Part shown: piece after piece, positions 37,629-50,516 of the stretch
Position numbering within the stretch: position 1 is the stretch's first letter
How the letters are laid out: the number at the start of each line of letters is the position of its first letter
NCBI GenBank assembly: GCA_052327205.1
Contig: CM126205.1
Span: 301,196,001 to 301,260,000 of the forward strand
Reading direction: 5' to 3'
Source of the DNA: Somniosus microcephalus
Taxonomy: Eukaryota
Length of the DNA stretch: 64,000 nucleotides
The notes under the pieces: generated by a model
Told to the model about the DNA's origin: nothing
The model's database searches: none
Seen by the model: only the letters and a program-made list of their open reading frames with translations
Program-made: the position numbers and the translations under genes

Positions 37629-38114
37629 ATCATGTGTCTTCATCTAATTAAAGGGACTACCCTTAAACTTTGCTAAAATAGCATTTTTGCTGTTGCGACT
37701 CACACAATTTCTATGGAGCATTACATTCCAGGACTGCTTTGGGGACTTGGCCATTATTTTCAATACTTGAACATTTGTACAATTGATGCACTGGGGAGAT
37801 GGTTTCCAGGTGATATACACTTACCAGATTAAAAGAAAACAGAAGCTGGGTCAGAGCTTGCAACCCAATACTTTTAAAAGTAAACTTTCATTTGTTTGCC
37901 TTTTGGAGTGGGAGGGGAAAACAACAAAAACAATCCACTTATATATATTTGCAAAAAATAAAAACTATGAATTAAAATCTTGGAAAATATACATCCTAAT
38001 GCAATGAATCTCGAGTTACTACTTCATCACAAAGAACAAAGTTACCCCCATATATATATATACTAGCTGGGGGAGCCCGGCGGTGCCGAGGCTTTCTCGA
38101 GGGCATGTTGTTGT

Positions 38115-38740
38115 TGGAAGAGAGAGAGGGAGCGACTGGGGGGAAGAGAGAGAGGGAAGGAGAGAGTGAGAGAGGGAATGAGAGAGAGGGAAGGAGAGAG
38201 AGAGAGAGGGAAGGAGAGAGAGAGGGGGGGGGAAGGAGAGAGAGAGAGAGAGGGGGAAGGAGAGAGAGATGGAAGGNNNNNNNNNNNNNNNNNNNNNNNN
38301 NNNNNNNNNNNNNNNNNNNNNNNNNNNNNNNNNNNNNNNNNNNNNNNNNNNNNNNNNNNNNNNNNNNNNNNNNNNNNNNNNNNNNNNNNNNNNNNNNNNN
38401 NNNNNNNNNNNNNGAGAGATTGGGAGTGTGAGAGAGATTGGGAGTGAGAGAGAGAGAGATTGGGAGTGAGAGAGAGAGAGATTGGGAGTGTGAGAGAGAT
38501 TGGGAGTGAGAGAGAGAGAGAGATTGGGAGTGAGAGAGAGAGAGAGATTGGGAGTGAGAGAGAGAGAGAGATTGGGAGTGTGAGAGAGAGAGAGATTGGG
38601 AGTGTGAGAGAGAGAGATTGGGAATGTGAGAGAGAGAGAGAGACTGGGAGTGTGAGAGAGAGAGATTGGGTGTGTGAGAGAGAGAGAGAGATTGGGAGTG
38701 TGAGAGAGAGAGAGATTGGGAGTGTGAGAGAGAGAGAGAT
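38115..38740. repeat. Polypurine (GA)n tract and ATTGGGAGTG(TG)(AG)n minisatellite spanning an assembly gap
   Basis: Direct inspection; N-run at about 38277-38413. Confidence 0.95.
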
Positions 38741-41700
38741 TTATATAGCACCAAATTCCTTCTTTTGAGCGACTGTGTTTATGTGGCCACAATCGGTAAG
38801 GTGCTGCACTACTTGTATCACAAAACAATCAAAATCAGGTCTCTGGAAACATTCCAAAACAAATTGTTCCAGATCAGCCTTTTTGTTCCCTTTCCTGGAA
38901 ATATTCCTGATCGAGTTTAAAGACAATAGGAAAATCAGTGTGAAGACACATTCTGAACAGCATCTGTGCTTTGAGCTGTGCCGTAAGCTGCCATAAGAGG
39001 ATTGTAAGGAGGTCAAGGGGACCTGCTCTCTCAGGAGCTGAAAGATCAGAGAAAATGCTGTCCAGGTGAGGCCCAGGCCCCTGTTCAGGCTCATCTGAGT
39101 TTTTATTCAAATGGAAATGAGAGTGTAAAACACATCTGTTCCCCTCCTGTGCCAGAATCCTTGTCACCTGAATAGCATCCCCACCAGGTATCAACGAGAT
39201 GCAGGAAATGGCTTTCCTTTTCATCCCACCTCTCCGCAATGAGTAAATGAGTGCCCGACAAGAAGGCCCAGCTTCCCCATGTCTCTTCAATCTACTACTT
39301 TTTGATCAGGAGCACGAAAGACTGAATATGTGTGAATGTTTAGGTACCTGGGGTATGGAAAGTGGTAATTAGCCCAGCAGGATAATTGATGTGTAGATTA
39401 CACAGAGAACAAATGCTTTGACTTGTTTGTTCTTCTTAACACTCCGAAACAGATTCTTTTTTTTTTATTAATGAACACTTACCTACCTGGTTAAACTGAT
39501 GAGAAACCATGCTGTACATTAAATGGAAGGCTGCTCATCACTCTGCTCTGCTGTGTTGCCCTGGTGTGTTCTTTTTCTCTTCTATAACTGAATGCATATT
39601 ACCTTCCAACGCACACCGCCCCCCACCCCCCACCCCCCACCTTCTCCCCATAAGTCTCAACCAACTGAATTAAAAGTTTGACTACCACAATGTTGCAGGT
39701 TTTAAAACTGGGCGGATTCCCTTTTTATCTCATCGTCTCCACTGGCAGGTTCTTGTGATCTTCGTTATTCAATCTTAGCCTTATTTTCAATCATCGCTGT
39801 GTATTTGGGAAATTATAAAATGTGACCCACACGTGCCACTTTGAAACTTTACTTTTCACAAGGTACTCCAGCCGAGGAGGGGGTTGGGAGAAATCTAGCT
39901 CCTCCGGTGATCCCCACGGAGCTTCCAATCTGCTCTTAAGCCAAGAAAGTGGGAAGCAGCGAGGATGCAAAGTGTTAACGCAGTACGCAACTTATTTCAG
40001 AAAAGACTCAAAAGCCAAGTACCTCATTGCATTCCCATCCCCACCTCAAGAAAAATAATTAAACCGTTGTTGCAAAAGAGATTTAAAAAAACATCAAAAC
40101 AAACCCAATAAAAAGCAATGCCACGTTTATTAATCCTTTGCCCTCACTTGGGACAAAACATTCCACTGAAATTAATGTTTTTTTGGGAGGGTGGAAGGAG
40201 GTCAGAAACATCTCCAACAAGGCAGTTCTGTTTAGAAGCAGCAAGAAAATAAAGAAGACTCTGCCACTTTAAATGTGCTTTTTTTTAAAAAAAGACTCCA
40301 GTTCAATATTGATTTGAATAGGTATTAGATCAAAACCGGTACAGATGGTTACCAGGAGCAGTTGAGCTTCTGATAAAGCAGTCTAAACAAAATCTCCTGT
40401 GCACACATGCACAAAAGGGCTGCTTCATTTTTAACTAACTTGTTATTGAACCTGTCTGAGGTGGTTCCAAGCAAGCTGGGTTAAATTCAATTGGATTCTT
40501 TTTGCACATGTGCACACAGGAGACTCAATTCAGATAAGCTTATCAGCTCCCACGCCCTTGCAGTTCTCACTAGAAATAATCTTTTTTTTTTAAAGTAGCA
40601 CTGTCGACATAAACAATGCATGTTAACATTCCAACCCAAACTTTATTGATGCAAGGGGTTGAATTTCTGATGCTTCCTAAAGCTTGAGGTCTGCTGGAAG
40701 TTGCCACTATGAACGCAAGATCTAGGCTGGTGTTAAATTTGAGCTGAACAGGAACTCCTCCTGAATCTGTTTTCTCTGTTAAGGGTCTCTCAGGTAAAAT
40801 TACTTTCAAAGAGTAAAAAAATAATAACTGAGAGTACTGTTTCAGAGTAATTTTTGCAGAGAACATATAAAACACTGGTATTCGAAGAACTTTCGATGGC
40901 TTTACTCCTATTTCTGCACAGGGTTTTGGTAACGTATGGAAACAAGGATAAATTAATATTACGTTTTGGTCTGGGTGACCAAAAGAGAAAATGTATTTTT
41001 GTCTGTTTTGTTTTAGTATCAATTACATGACTGACCCCATCAAAAATACAATGAAAAGCATTACAACCAAAAATATGATTTTCAAAATAATTGGATGAAT
41101 ACCAATATAATAGAACCTCACTCATGAGGACCAGTGCTCGATTACAACAGTCATCCAGAGTGCCGTGAAGCCCCGCACTCTGGCAAGAGTTTTAAAAGTG
41201 CCAAGTTGGAACTCAAAACAAACTTCTGAGCAAAATGCCTATTTAGTTCAGTACAGGTCTTCAGGTACACACTGAACACTGATGGGTTCAGCTGTTCATT
41301 CATGGTGCTCTAACAAGCATCAATTGCAAAACATTTAATGGATGATATTAGGATAGAGGCACACTTCTAATGGAAGGTGGCACTGAAGGGGTCAACCACA
41401 GCATGTTCGCAGATTAATATAACAGGAACTTAGTGAGATGAATTCTAGCATAAAAGATTAAACCTCTAATAAGTGGAGCGCGCTCAGAATGCACTGGATG
41501 TACAGTACCACAACAGTATGCACCATTACATAAACACAGCTAACAGAAGTTTCAATCTTCCCCTATAGGTAATGCAAGGGTTAATTCTTTCTCTGATTAG
41601 CATTGTTTTGATAGCCTAAAGCAAGTCAAATATTTGGATAGAACTGCTTATGACTCCAGAATATTTCAGATTTTCCCAACATGTCATTATTGCAAGATTA

Positions 41701-44700
41701 AATACCACATTTTATATCCCCCCCACCCCCCTTAAGAAAAAGACAGTATTTTATTAGTGTGGCTGAATATGTCTGGCACTAGGTACATCAGCAGCAAGAC
41801 ATTATTCACCTACTCATCACATAAGAAGCAAGCAAACAATTGCTGAAGCTAATTTCTTAATTAGCTGTGTTCTGGCAGTAATGATTGCAGATTGTGTCAA
41901 CTAAAATCTGTTTGGATTCTGTAAATTGGAGTCCGACAAGCATCCCGTTCCGCCTAAAACCTGATAACTCTCACCCCCCTGTCTTTTGTTTTTCCTCCCA
42001 GCCTTCTTCCTGTCGCCATCTCAGTATTTAATCTGACACCGTCAGGCAGCTAGAATGTTTTATTCTTCCTCTCCCCCTCAAAGAGGGAAAAAAAAGGAAA
42101 AGCGAAACATTTACGTGGGTACAGGAGAGCTGGCTGCTTCTTTCAAACACAGGAAACCAAGAGAAACCTAGCGGCGACTTACAAACAAGAAGAGCTCTTT
42201 CTCAACAGCTTATCAAGACTGTGTTTTAAATGCATGAACATATTGCTCTTAAAGTTCAGTATAGTTTCTCTACCAATGCTGGCATCCATTCAGCAGTCAA
42301 TCTCCCATCAGAAACCACAGCCCCTAACCCTAACAGAGATAAAGATTATTTGCCTCACCTATCCATGAAACCAGATAGCATTCAATTTTTTTCCCACAAA
42401 GCATATTTTCCACTTTATTCAATTACTCTGATTACTTTGACATTTGGAACAAAACTGGAAGAATTATTTTTTTTGTCAAAAAACAGAGGTGTAATACATG
42501 TTGAATTTTAGCACTTTTATATAAAAAGAACAATCCAGCGTGTGTAGGCAATGGATGGGTTGCCTGTCTTGGTGTCTCCATAATCCTTTTATGCAAACAA
42601 ATATGCTGCTTTTATAACCTGCCCGTGATCATAAAATAAAAGCTAACATCACACAGAGAAAGTAACAGGAAAGAAGCCAATTATGTTCTTCATCTATCGA
42701 GGAAACAGGGATCCGAGCAAGATGTGTTGACGCTCTTTGGAGTGTCTCAAAATTCGAAATACAAATCAATGAAAAAAATAAAAGCTTCAAAGAAAACAAA
42801 TGCCACATTGAAAGTGAATGTTGAGATTTCAGTAGCACACATCAAAAGCACCTACATTTACAGTTAAAAGGAAGATAGAGTCAAATGTGGATACGTAGAT
42901 TTGTTACTGGCTTCCAGTTTCAGAATTTGCAGACTGGTTTCAAACACAAGAGCCTGGAGACTGCAATATCTTGTCAGATGCTATCCCACTCCCCTCCCCT
43001 CCCTTTTACCACCCACCTGCCCACAGAAGGGATTAATGTCCAGGCCAAAGCCTAGTCCCTTGGAAAAAAAAACACACACCTCCAGCAAAATAAAAGAGTT
43101 GAGGTAAAACCTGTGTCCAATTAGCAGAAAGGGGAATCTATTTCAGAAAGAGAAGATTTTTTTTTTGTCCTCATGTGACCAGCAAGCTGTTTTCATTTCC
43201 TGTCAGAAACCCTCGGACACTAAGAAGTTACCTGACTCAGCTTCTTGTAGGAATCAAATTCAGTTGGAGATAACAGCTAATCATTTGTCACCGTGAAGCA
43301 ATTCCCTGAAATCTGAGGGAAAACCCACAGCTGCAATCTGCAGTCCTGTCAGATCAGAAGAAATTACATTCTGTGGTGACTAACCTCTGCTCTCCGAGCA
43401 CTAACAACAGCAGTTGACTCTATCAAAACAGAATATTATGAACCTGTAGCACTTTGAACCACAGTGAGACAGCTCGTTCCAATAACCACTCCCCCGCCCC
43501 CCCCCCTCCAACCCCAACCAAAGGCCACATACTGCTGCCTAGCCTCGGCCTCAATTTTCGCCACCAAGTGCAGTTTGTTGCATTTTGTATCTACATAACT
43601 ATGTGCACATAATTTACATACTAACTGAAAAGCATTTGTCAGCTGAAGTCATGCATTTGCCATCCAGAACATTTAGTGTGAAAAGAGGAGGTAGCACTCT
43701 TAGTTGAGAACAGTTCTGTTTTATACATGCAACAGTGAATCTGGGAATACAGCCATATCACATTTTCCATACTTAATTTCTTTATTCTCGGCCTCGAAGA
43801 CAGCGTGATTCTGTTTGCAGCATCGGCTGGGAAAGTACAATATTGCTAGTGTTTGAAACTGGGTTAGCAAGTGAATTTTGTTGTGTCAGTAATTCATTAA
43901 GTCAGTGTCATCTACTACACTAGTAATCACATGTCAGTAATATGATATTTAACCTAATACTGTAAGAAGGGACTTGTTTGTCATGTCACTACTATTATAA
44001 CATATTTAAAACAAGGTCCAGGATGGAGTAATTAGCTTTATATGGAACCTTATCTAATACAGTATATGCCTGCAGCTTCTTCAGTTCCTTAGCGTAAGTA
44101 CAGCACACTTCTAACGCGCATATTTGGGGTGGGGAGGAGATGGATGCTGCTACTTATAGCTAACAGGACATAAATTTATGTCACAGGATACTACAGGATG
44201 ATAAGGCACACTTTTCCCCCTCCTCCATTGCCTGGCCTGCTTTGCTTTTGTGCTTTTTCATATACGCCTTAATGTCAGTGTAGTTTTTTGACTTGTGGAG
44301 AAACAAATACATATCAAAGGCAGAATGACATTAAAGAGAAGAGATCAGGGGAACTATTTCCAATCCTCTGCCTTCACATGGCTCAACACATTGGCAAAAC
44401 TCAAATAAATGTGATAATCAACTATTCACCTTAATAGAAGCCATTACTGTTGTGCTATTTTTCATGATGTTCAGGTTCTTCCTTCCCCCCGCCAAAACCT
44501 TTTTTTAATGACATGTTTTCAGAAATAAAAGCCAAGTTCCTCCAAAACATAATTTACTGCTCTTCTTATCTTTCTGTTATTTGGGGGAACCCACACACTA
44601 ATCCCTCAAATCATTTATCATACTTTTCTTTTACCTGATCCAGGCTTACTCCCAGACTCTACAAACACACAGAGCATTTTTCAAGAGCAGAAGAAAATTG

Positions 44701-45519
44701 TCCACTCTTCTGAAATTTAAGCAGCCAATGCAGGAAAGATTCCCCAGGAGTAGTCAGATTTTCTCAGGTTTAACTAAATAATTTATGCATACTTTCAGTT
44801 TGGCATGATGAAGCAATTTTAGCCTTTACAAACCACAACTCCTCAAGAGGCAGAAAAGAGTCTTGTTCCTGCTCAGTTCAATAATTTAAGCAGCAAAGGT
44901 GGAAGAGCTCTGTACATTTTACCCCCTTTTCTGGCCAACCAGGAGAGAACATACAGGTGCCAACAAAAGCTGAACTAGAGCATAAATCTACTCCCCCTTA
45001 AAAAATCTTTGTCACTTGGAAGCACACAGGATTTGAAGAATGGGTAAAATGGCACACTGAGTCAACGCCTCTCCTGGCCTTACGTCACATTTCTGTACTT
45101 GCCAAAGGGAGAATTTGCTTTCCCTCTTGCAGATTCACGATGACATGTTTGTAAAAGAGCGTGGGACTGAGGCAGAAGCCCCTTCAGTCGACAAGCAGGG
45201 CATCTTACAGCTTGAACATTTACAGCGATTTCTCTCACGAGCCTCAGGCCAGAAAAAAATTAGAAAAAATGTTATTTATTGTCAGAGGACTGCAAAACAA
45301 AATGCAGGCCAGAAGGAAAGAAGAAGAAAAAAAAACAAACAACCTACCACCAAAAATACTTTTACATATAGTAACTGTACAAATCGGAGCAGTTAGACAT
45401 GCCAATCAAATGGGTTCTCTCCAAGTATTACAGAACTTCTAAATGATTTACACCCACATGTTGTTCCCACTCCTGAGAGAATTGAAAAGTGATATACCAA
45501 AGTTCAGGTGGAACTGGAC

Positions 45520-45695
45520 CATAAGAATATAAGAAATAGGAGCCTCGGGCCTGCTCCGCCATTCAATAGGATCATGGCTGATCTGAATCTAGACTCACGT
45601 CCACTTCCCTGCCCTCTCCCCGTAACCCCTAATTCCCTTATCTGCTAGGACAATGTCTATCTCCATTTAAAATTTATTTAATGTTGCAGCTTCCG
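45520..45695 (-). mobile_element. CR1 3' fragment
   Basis: CATAAGAATATAAGAAATAGGAGC...CTGCTCCGCCATTCAATAGGATCATGGCTGATC. Confidence 0.85.
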
Positions 45696-46117
45696 GCTCT
45701 AGTTGATTGGGTCAAGAAGCACCCCAAAGCTTAAAGCCGCTCTGTCCATGTTTCTTGTGAAATGGCAGATTTTCCCTGTTCCTTGAGAAATCTGAACCCA
45801 AGCTTGGAGCTGAGCCCAGCTTTCACTTGTACTATTGATGTTGACACAGCAACTTCAGAGCTTCATGTCTGGTTTCAAGTTCATTTGGGTGGAGTCAGTT
45901 CAAATTCAACTGAAGCAAACTGGATATTTGAACCATTGCTAGCTGGTCCTAGTCTGGTTTAAAGTAGATGCGTGATGTGACTCTGGTACATCTCACCCTG
46001 GACATGGCTCTGGGATGTCTAGGCAGTAGGTACTGGTGCAGACATCAGAGCATAGAATCTGGCCACATTGAAAACCAGGACAATCAAAAGTGCTGCGACA
46101 CCACATCACTATCATGA

Positions 46118-46700
46118 TCATAGAATCATAGAAACTTACAGCACAGAAGGAGGCCATTCAGCCCACCATGCTTGTGCTGGCTCTTTGAAAGAGCAGTCTT
46201 GCTTTGTCCCACCCACCCCGCTTTTTGTCCGTAACTCTGAAAGTTCCTCATCCTCAAGTACCTGTCCAACTCCCTTTTAAAATTATTGATGGAATCAGCT
46301 TCCACCACCTTTTCAGATCGAGCGTTCCAGATCCTGACAACTCTCCGAGTGAAAAAAGGTCTCCTCATCTCCCCTCTAGATCTTTTGCCAATTATTTCAA
46401 ATCTATAACCTCTGGTTATCGACCCACTTGCCCAATAATTTTTCTCTATCTACTCCATCAAAACCTCTCATCATCTTGAAAACCTCTATTCGGTCACCTC
46501 TTAACCTTCTCTGTTCCAAGGAGAACAGTCCTAACTTTTCCAACCTCTCCTCATAACTGAAGTTCCTCATCCCTGGTAACATCCTGGTAAACCTCCTTTG
46601 TACTCTTTCTAAGGACTTGACATCTTTCCTGAAGTGTGGGGCCCAGAATTGTCCACAATACTCCAGCTGAGGCCTAACCAGTGATTTATAAAGTTCTATG
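46118..46700 (-). mobile_element. CR1 LINE 3' fragment
   Basis: RRPFFTRRVVRIWNARSEKVVEADSINNFKRELD and an upstream PQLEYCGQFWAPH-type remnant. Confidence 0.9.
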
Positions 46701-47611
46701 ATGCCTGCTTTTATTTAGAGATCAGAAAGGCAGCTTAATGGTGAATTCCGAGGCTAGCCCGCAGCCACATTTAGACTGTGTTGATGCAATGTGACATCAA
46801 TAAATCTGCTTTTATATTGGGTTACGTGCTATGCTAGAACCCCGAAATAAACTTGGTGGATGTGTAAAGGCTGGTGGCTGGGAAGAGCTGTTTTTTTTTT
46901 ACCAGATCTTTCCTTTGGTTGGCCTTAGCAAATCCAGCAAGATTACTTTGGGGTCACCACTGCTTGCGAAAGACCAGCAGGAGCTGGTGGCATTGGCATG
47001 GGATTCACACAAAGCATAAACAGAGGGCTGGGGGTTTTATATGCTGCATTCACCTCAGATCAAACCATACTGTGTTAAACGGGATAACAGTGCCAATCCA
47101 CTGTCAGTGATAAGATCATTATGCGCTCTTTTGTAACCAAACCTATTTTTCTTCAGTTTTGCTCCTCTGGTGGCATATTATACCACTGCATCATTCAGTC
47201 TCCAGATATCTCAGTTGGTAAATGAACTACCTCGTGTTGAACAGAGCACAGAGGTTGACGTAAGAAAACTACTAGGCACTTGGTCTAAGTGTTAAACAAA
47301 GCTTTAATCAACTGTTTTTCAACATGGAGATCTAGCTGTGTCCTTCACTAGTTCCTGTTAAAGAATGTCCTGAGCAAGCTGGGCCCATGCCCGAGTATTT
47401 ATACTCTCCCTGGACAGCGCCGCCAGCAGGCCACCCAGTATTATTTCATAAGTCATTTCCACATGAATGACAAGATTCATGTCAGAGGCCATTAAAAGTC
47501 CCAAGCTCAACTTACCAGTATTTGCTAAGTTAACTACTATCAGCTGACACAATAGTAAAAATGCTGCAATTGGCCTCTGCATTTGTTTTCTAAAAAGAGA
47601 CAAAATTAGTT

Positions 47612-47790
47612 ACAGCTCCTGCTCCTGATTGCTATCCAGTGACTTCTGCTTGTAAGTGCATAAGTGTGAATATCAAGTGAGACAAACTTATCTGTGATGC
47701 TCCCACATTTGAATAGCCACCGACCCTGATTGAGCCACATGATAACTGTAGACCTGTTCAAAGTTTGCCCTGTACTGACCCTGCTCATAA
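47612..47790 (+). mobile_element. LmeSINE1-like fragment
   Basis: CCTGCTCCTGATTGCTATCCAGTGACTTCTGC core. Confidence 0.55.
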
Positions 47791-47984
47791 AGAAATTCCA
47801 GGAATGACTGTACTACCGTCTTTATGTATTGTCACTACAACAGGTAGTTGAGAGAAAAAAGTACAATATGACAAGGAAAGGAATTGGACCTAATTTTATC
47901 TCAAATTTCCATTGTAAATTCAAACCTATAATGAGATCAAGGTGGTAAGGGGTTTGTAAGTTCACTTAAAAGATTACTTCTGTG

Positions 47985-48160
47985 TAGTTCCCCAGATGGG
48001 TAAGTGCACTGCATGGTGCCATGTTGAACTGTACACACCGTAAAAGCCCCAGCTTTGATCCCTGGTCTGTACTGAGTTATGTGGGTTCAGTCTGGGTGGC
48101 AAGTGAGGGTGCACAACTGGCCTCAGCTAAGAGAGGTGAAAACAATTAGTCAGAGTTCTG
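47985..48160 (+). mobile_element. LmeSINE1-like 5' fragment
   Basis: TTTGATCCCTGGTCTGTACTGAGTTA...CAACTGGCCTCAG. Confidence 0.6.
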
Positions 48161-48929
48161 TTACTCAATAAAATATTGTGCACAAAAATGAACCACTCAT
48201 CAAAAAGAGATGGTAAACAGAACAATCTTTCTCTCTGGCCCCATGTTTAGGTAATGTGGTGCACAAGCCACGAGAAGTGAGCAGCAGAAGACAGGCTTAA
48301 ACAGCAAAGTAATAAAAATCAATAACCTGGAATATCCCCCCTCCTCATCTGTGATAACAGCGCTGGTGTTAAGTTTTTACATGTAGCAACAGTGCATATC
48401 AGTTTCCACTGCCCTTCCTACGCCAGCTATTATAGGGCCTATAACCACCTGGGGGACTGCACTGGCAGCAAGGCTCATCCCACAGAGTTGACCAGATGCC
48501 AGCTTCATTGCATCAGCGTCAATTTGTTTCGACCCAAAACTGGACAAGGCCAAGGCACACAGCTCACCCCCACCCACTCTCATTTGCAAAGACTTACAAA
48601 ACACACTGCATTGTTTCAACAAAAAAGCGAGAGGGTAGGTAGGCAATTCAACTTATTTTTATACTTTCTTTTGTACTGTTGTGATTATGGTTGCAGAATA
48701 TTTAACCCTTGAGCTCCCACGTATAATTGAGCATTCCATTTCCAAAAGGCGAAATATTTAGCATTGTTGCACATCGCACTGCTACACATTCTTTGGATTG
48801 GAATGACAGCCTCAGTTTAAACTAAAAAGAAAACTGGTTATAGCCTGTTGTAGAAATAAATGGTAAGTCCAGTGTTGCCCGTCTGAATTCTTATAATATC
48901 TTTGCTTTTCAAAACATTTTCTCATAGAT

Positions 48930-49310
48930 TCTGTTCCCTCCCCTCCTCTCTGGAAGATGTTCGCTCCTTGCTGGAATATGGTTCCTAGTACCTTGTCCAA
49001 ATGACCATTGTTCCTGTGTGAGCCTTGATGGCGAGCATCAGCGGGCTATGCGGGGGGGCACCACAGTCAAGCCTGATCCTGTCCTCACTGTGTCGCCATA
49101 CATAGGCACTTCCAACAGGGAGTCCTTGATTATGATCAAGTGGTTAATTTCCCCTCCCTATCCCAGGGGCACTGAGGCCCATTGGAGGGCCCCTACTACT
49201 GCCCTGGCTAAGATTAGCTAACTGCACACACTGTGGATGAAAGCAAGGACCCTCCTGGTTTGTATGATACAGCTACTCACTGCCTAAACATGCTGAGCTA
49301 TCAGGGGAGT
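48930..49310 (-). mobile_element. LmeSINE1-like SINE, near full length
   Basis: CCCAGGGGCACTGAGGCCCATTGGAGGGCCCCTACTACTGCCCTGGCTAAGATTAGCTAAC core, with a tRNA-like head near 49300. Confidence 0.7.
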
Positions 49311-50267
49311 CATAATGCCTTTCCTTATGTTACTGTTATTTAAAGGCTACTTTCATTTCATTTCAGCAATAAACATGCTAAAAGTCTACATTACTGCACT
49401 GAGATGGCTGCTCAATTTAACTGGATGTGACAAATGGACCTGCAATTCTTTTTGTTGTTGTATGGAATTTGAGTTAACAAGGGGAGAGATGGATTTTCTT
49501 TCTCCTTGCTCCTAGTGATTGAACCAAGCGCTCCCAGATTGGACTTTGGTTAATCCTCCTTTATACCATAGAACTGCTTCTATTTGAAGTGATTCGACAA
49601 TGTACTCGGGCTCCTGATACTCTGGAATCAACTCCATTTACATTGTGGGGCAGAGTTCAGAGTACCACCGGCAATGAGAAGCAAAAACCTGCACTTGTGC
49701 AAGACTGTGGGTGTCTACCATCCCAGCATCCTACAGAACTTCCCCAGGATGATAAACTAGTTGTCTTTAGGTGTTATGAATGCAACAGGCAGTTAAGAAA
49801 AAACTTGAGAAGAATTGAACCTAGTCTTATACGAAATGTGCAATATGTATTTTATATGACTGTGCTGACGCAGGGTGATCTTGGCCTTGTGCATAATAGA
49901 GCATGCAATGACAATACAGTATGGATAAACAACCTTATTTACTCATAGAGCAAGGAGAACCCAGTTGCCCTCATGCAGATCCAGAAGAACACTACACACC
50001 AGACTATGAACCCTCAACAATACACTTGAACCAGTCCTGAGCACAGATACGAACTCCGGAGAATTAGAGGGATCAATGTGAGGCACTAAGCACTGGTGAT
50101 GAATGGGGCAGCAGTAATGGCAGATGATGAGACGTAAACTGATCTTGAGTGAAGATCTGGCATGCGGAGTGCCCTTGCTCAGTTGCATAGGGTTAGGAGC
50201 TTAGTGGGCTTTCTTTAAAACTAAGACTGGTATAGCACCAAAAACCACACCATTGCCCTACAATTCA

Positions 50268-50516
50268 AACAACAACAACAACTTGTATTTATATAGCACA
50301 TTTAATGTAGTAAAACATCCCAAGGTGCTCTCCAGGAGCGTTATCAAACAAAATTTGACACCGAGCCACATAAGGGAGATATTAGGGCAGGTAAGTAGGT
50401 TTTAAGGCACATCTTAAAGGAGGAAAGAGAGGTAGCGAGGCGGAAAGGTTTAGGGAGGGAATTCCAGAGCTTAGGGCCTTAGCAGCTGAAGGCACGACCA
50501 CCAATGGTGAAGCGAT
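50268..50516 (-). mobile_element. L2 LINE 3' end
   Basis: (AAC)n tail followed by TTGTATTTATATAGC...AAAACATCCCAAGGTGCT; same family as 11320. Confidence 0.85.

Noticed and set aside
37996-38828. 250-270 aa ORFs (SLSHSQ / HTPNLS repeats)
   Set aside because: Translation of a GA-rich satellite across an N gap.
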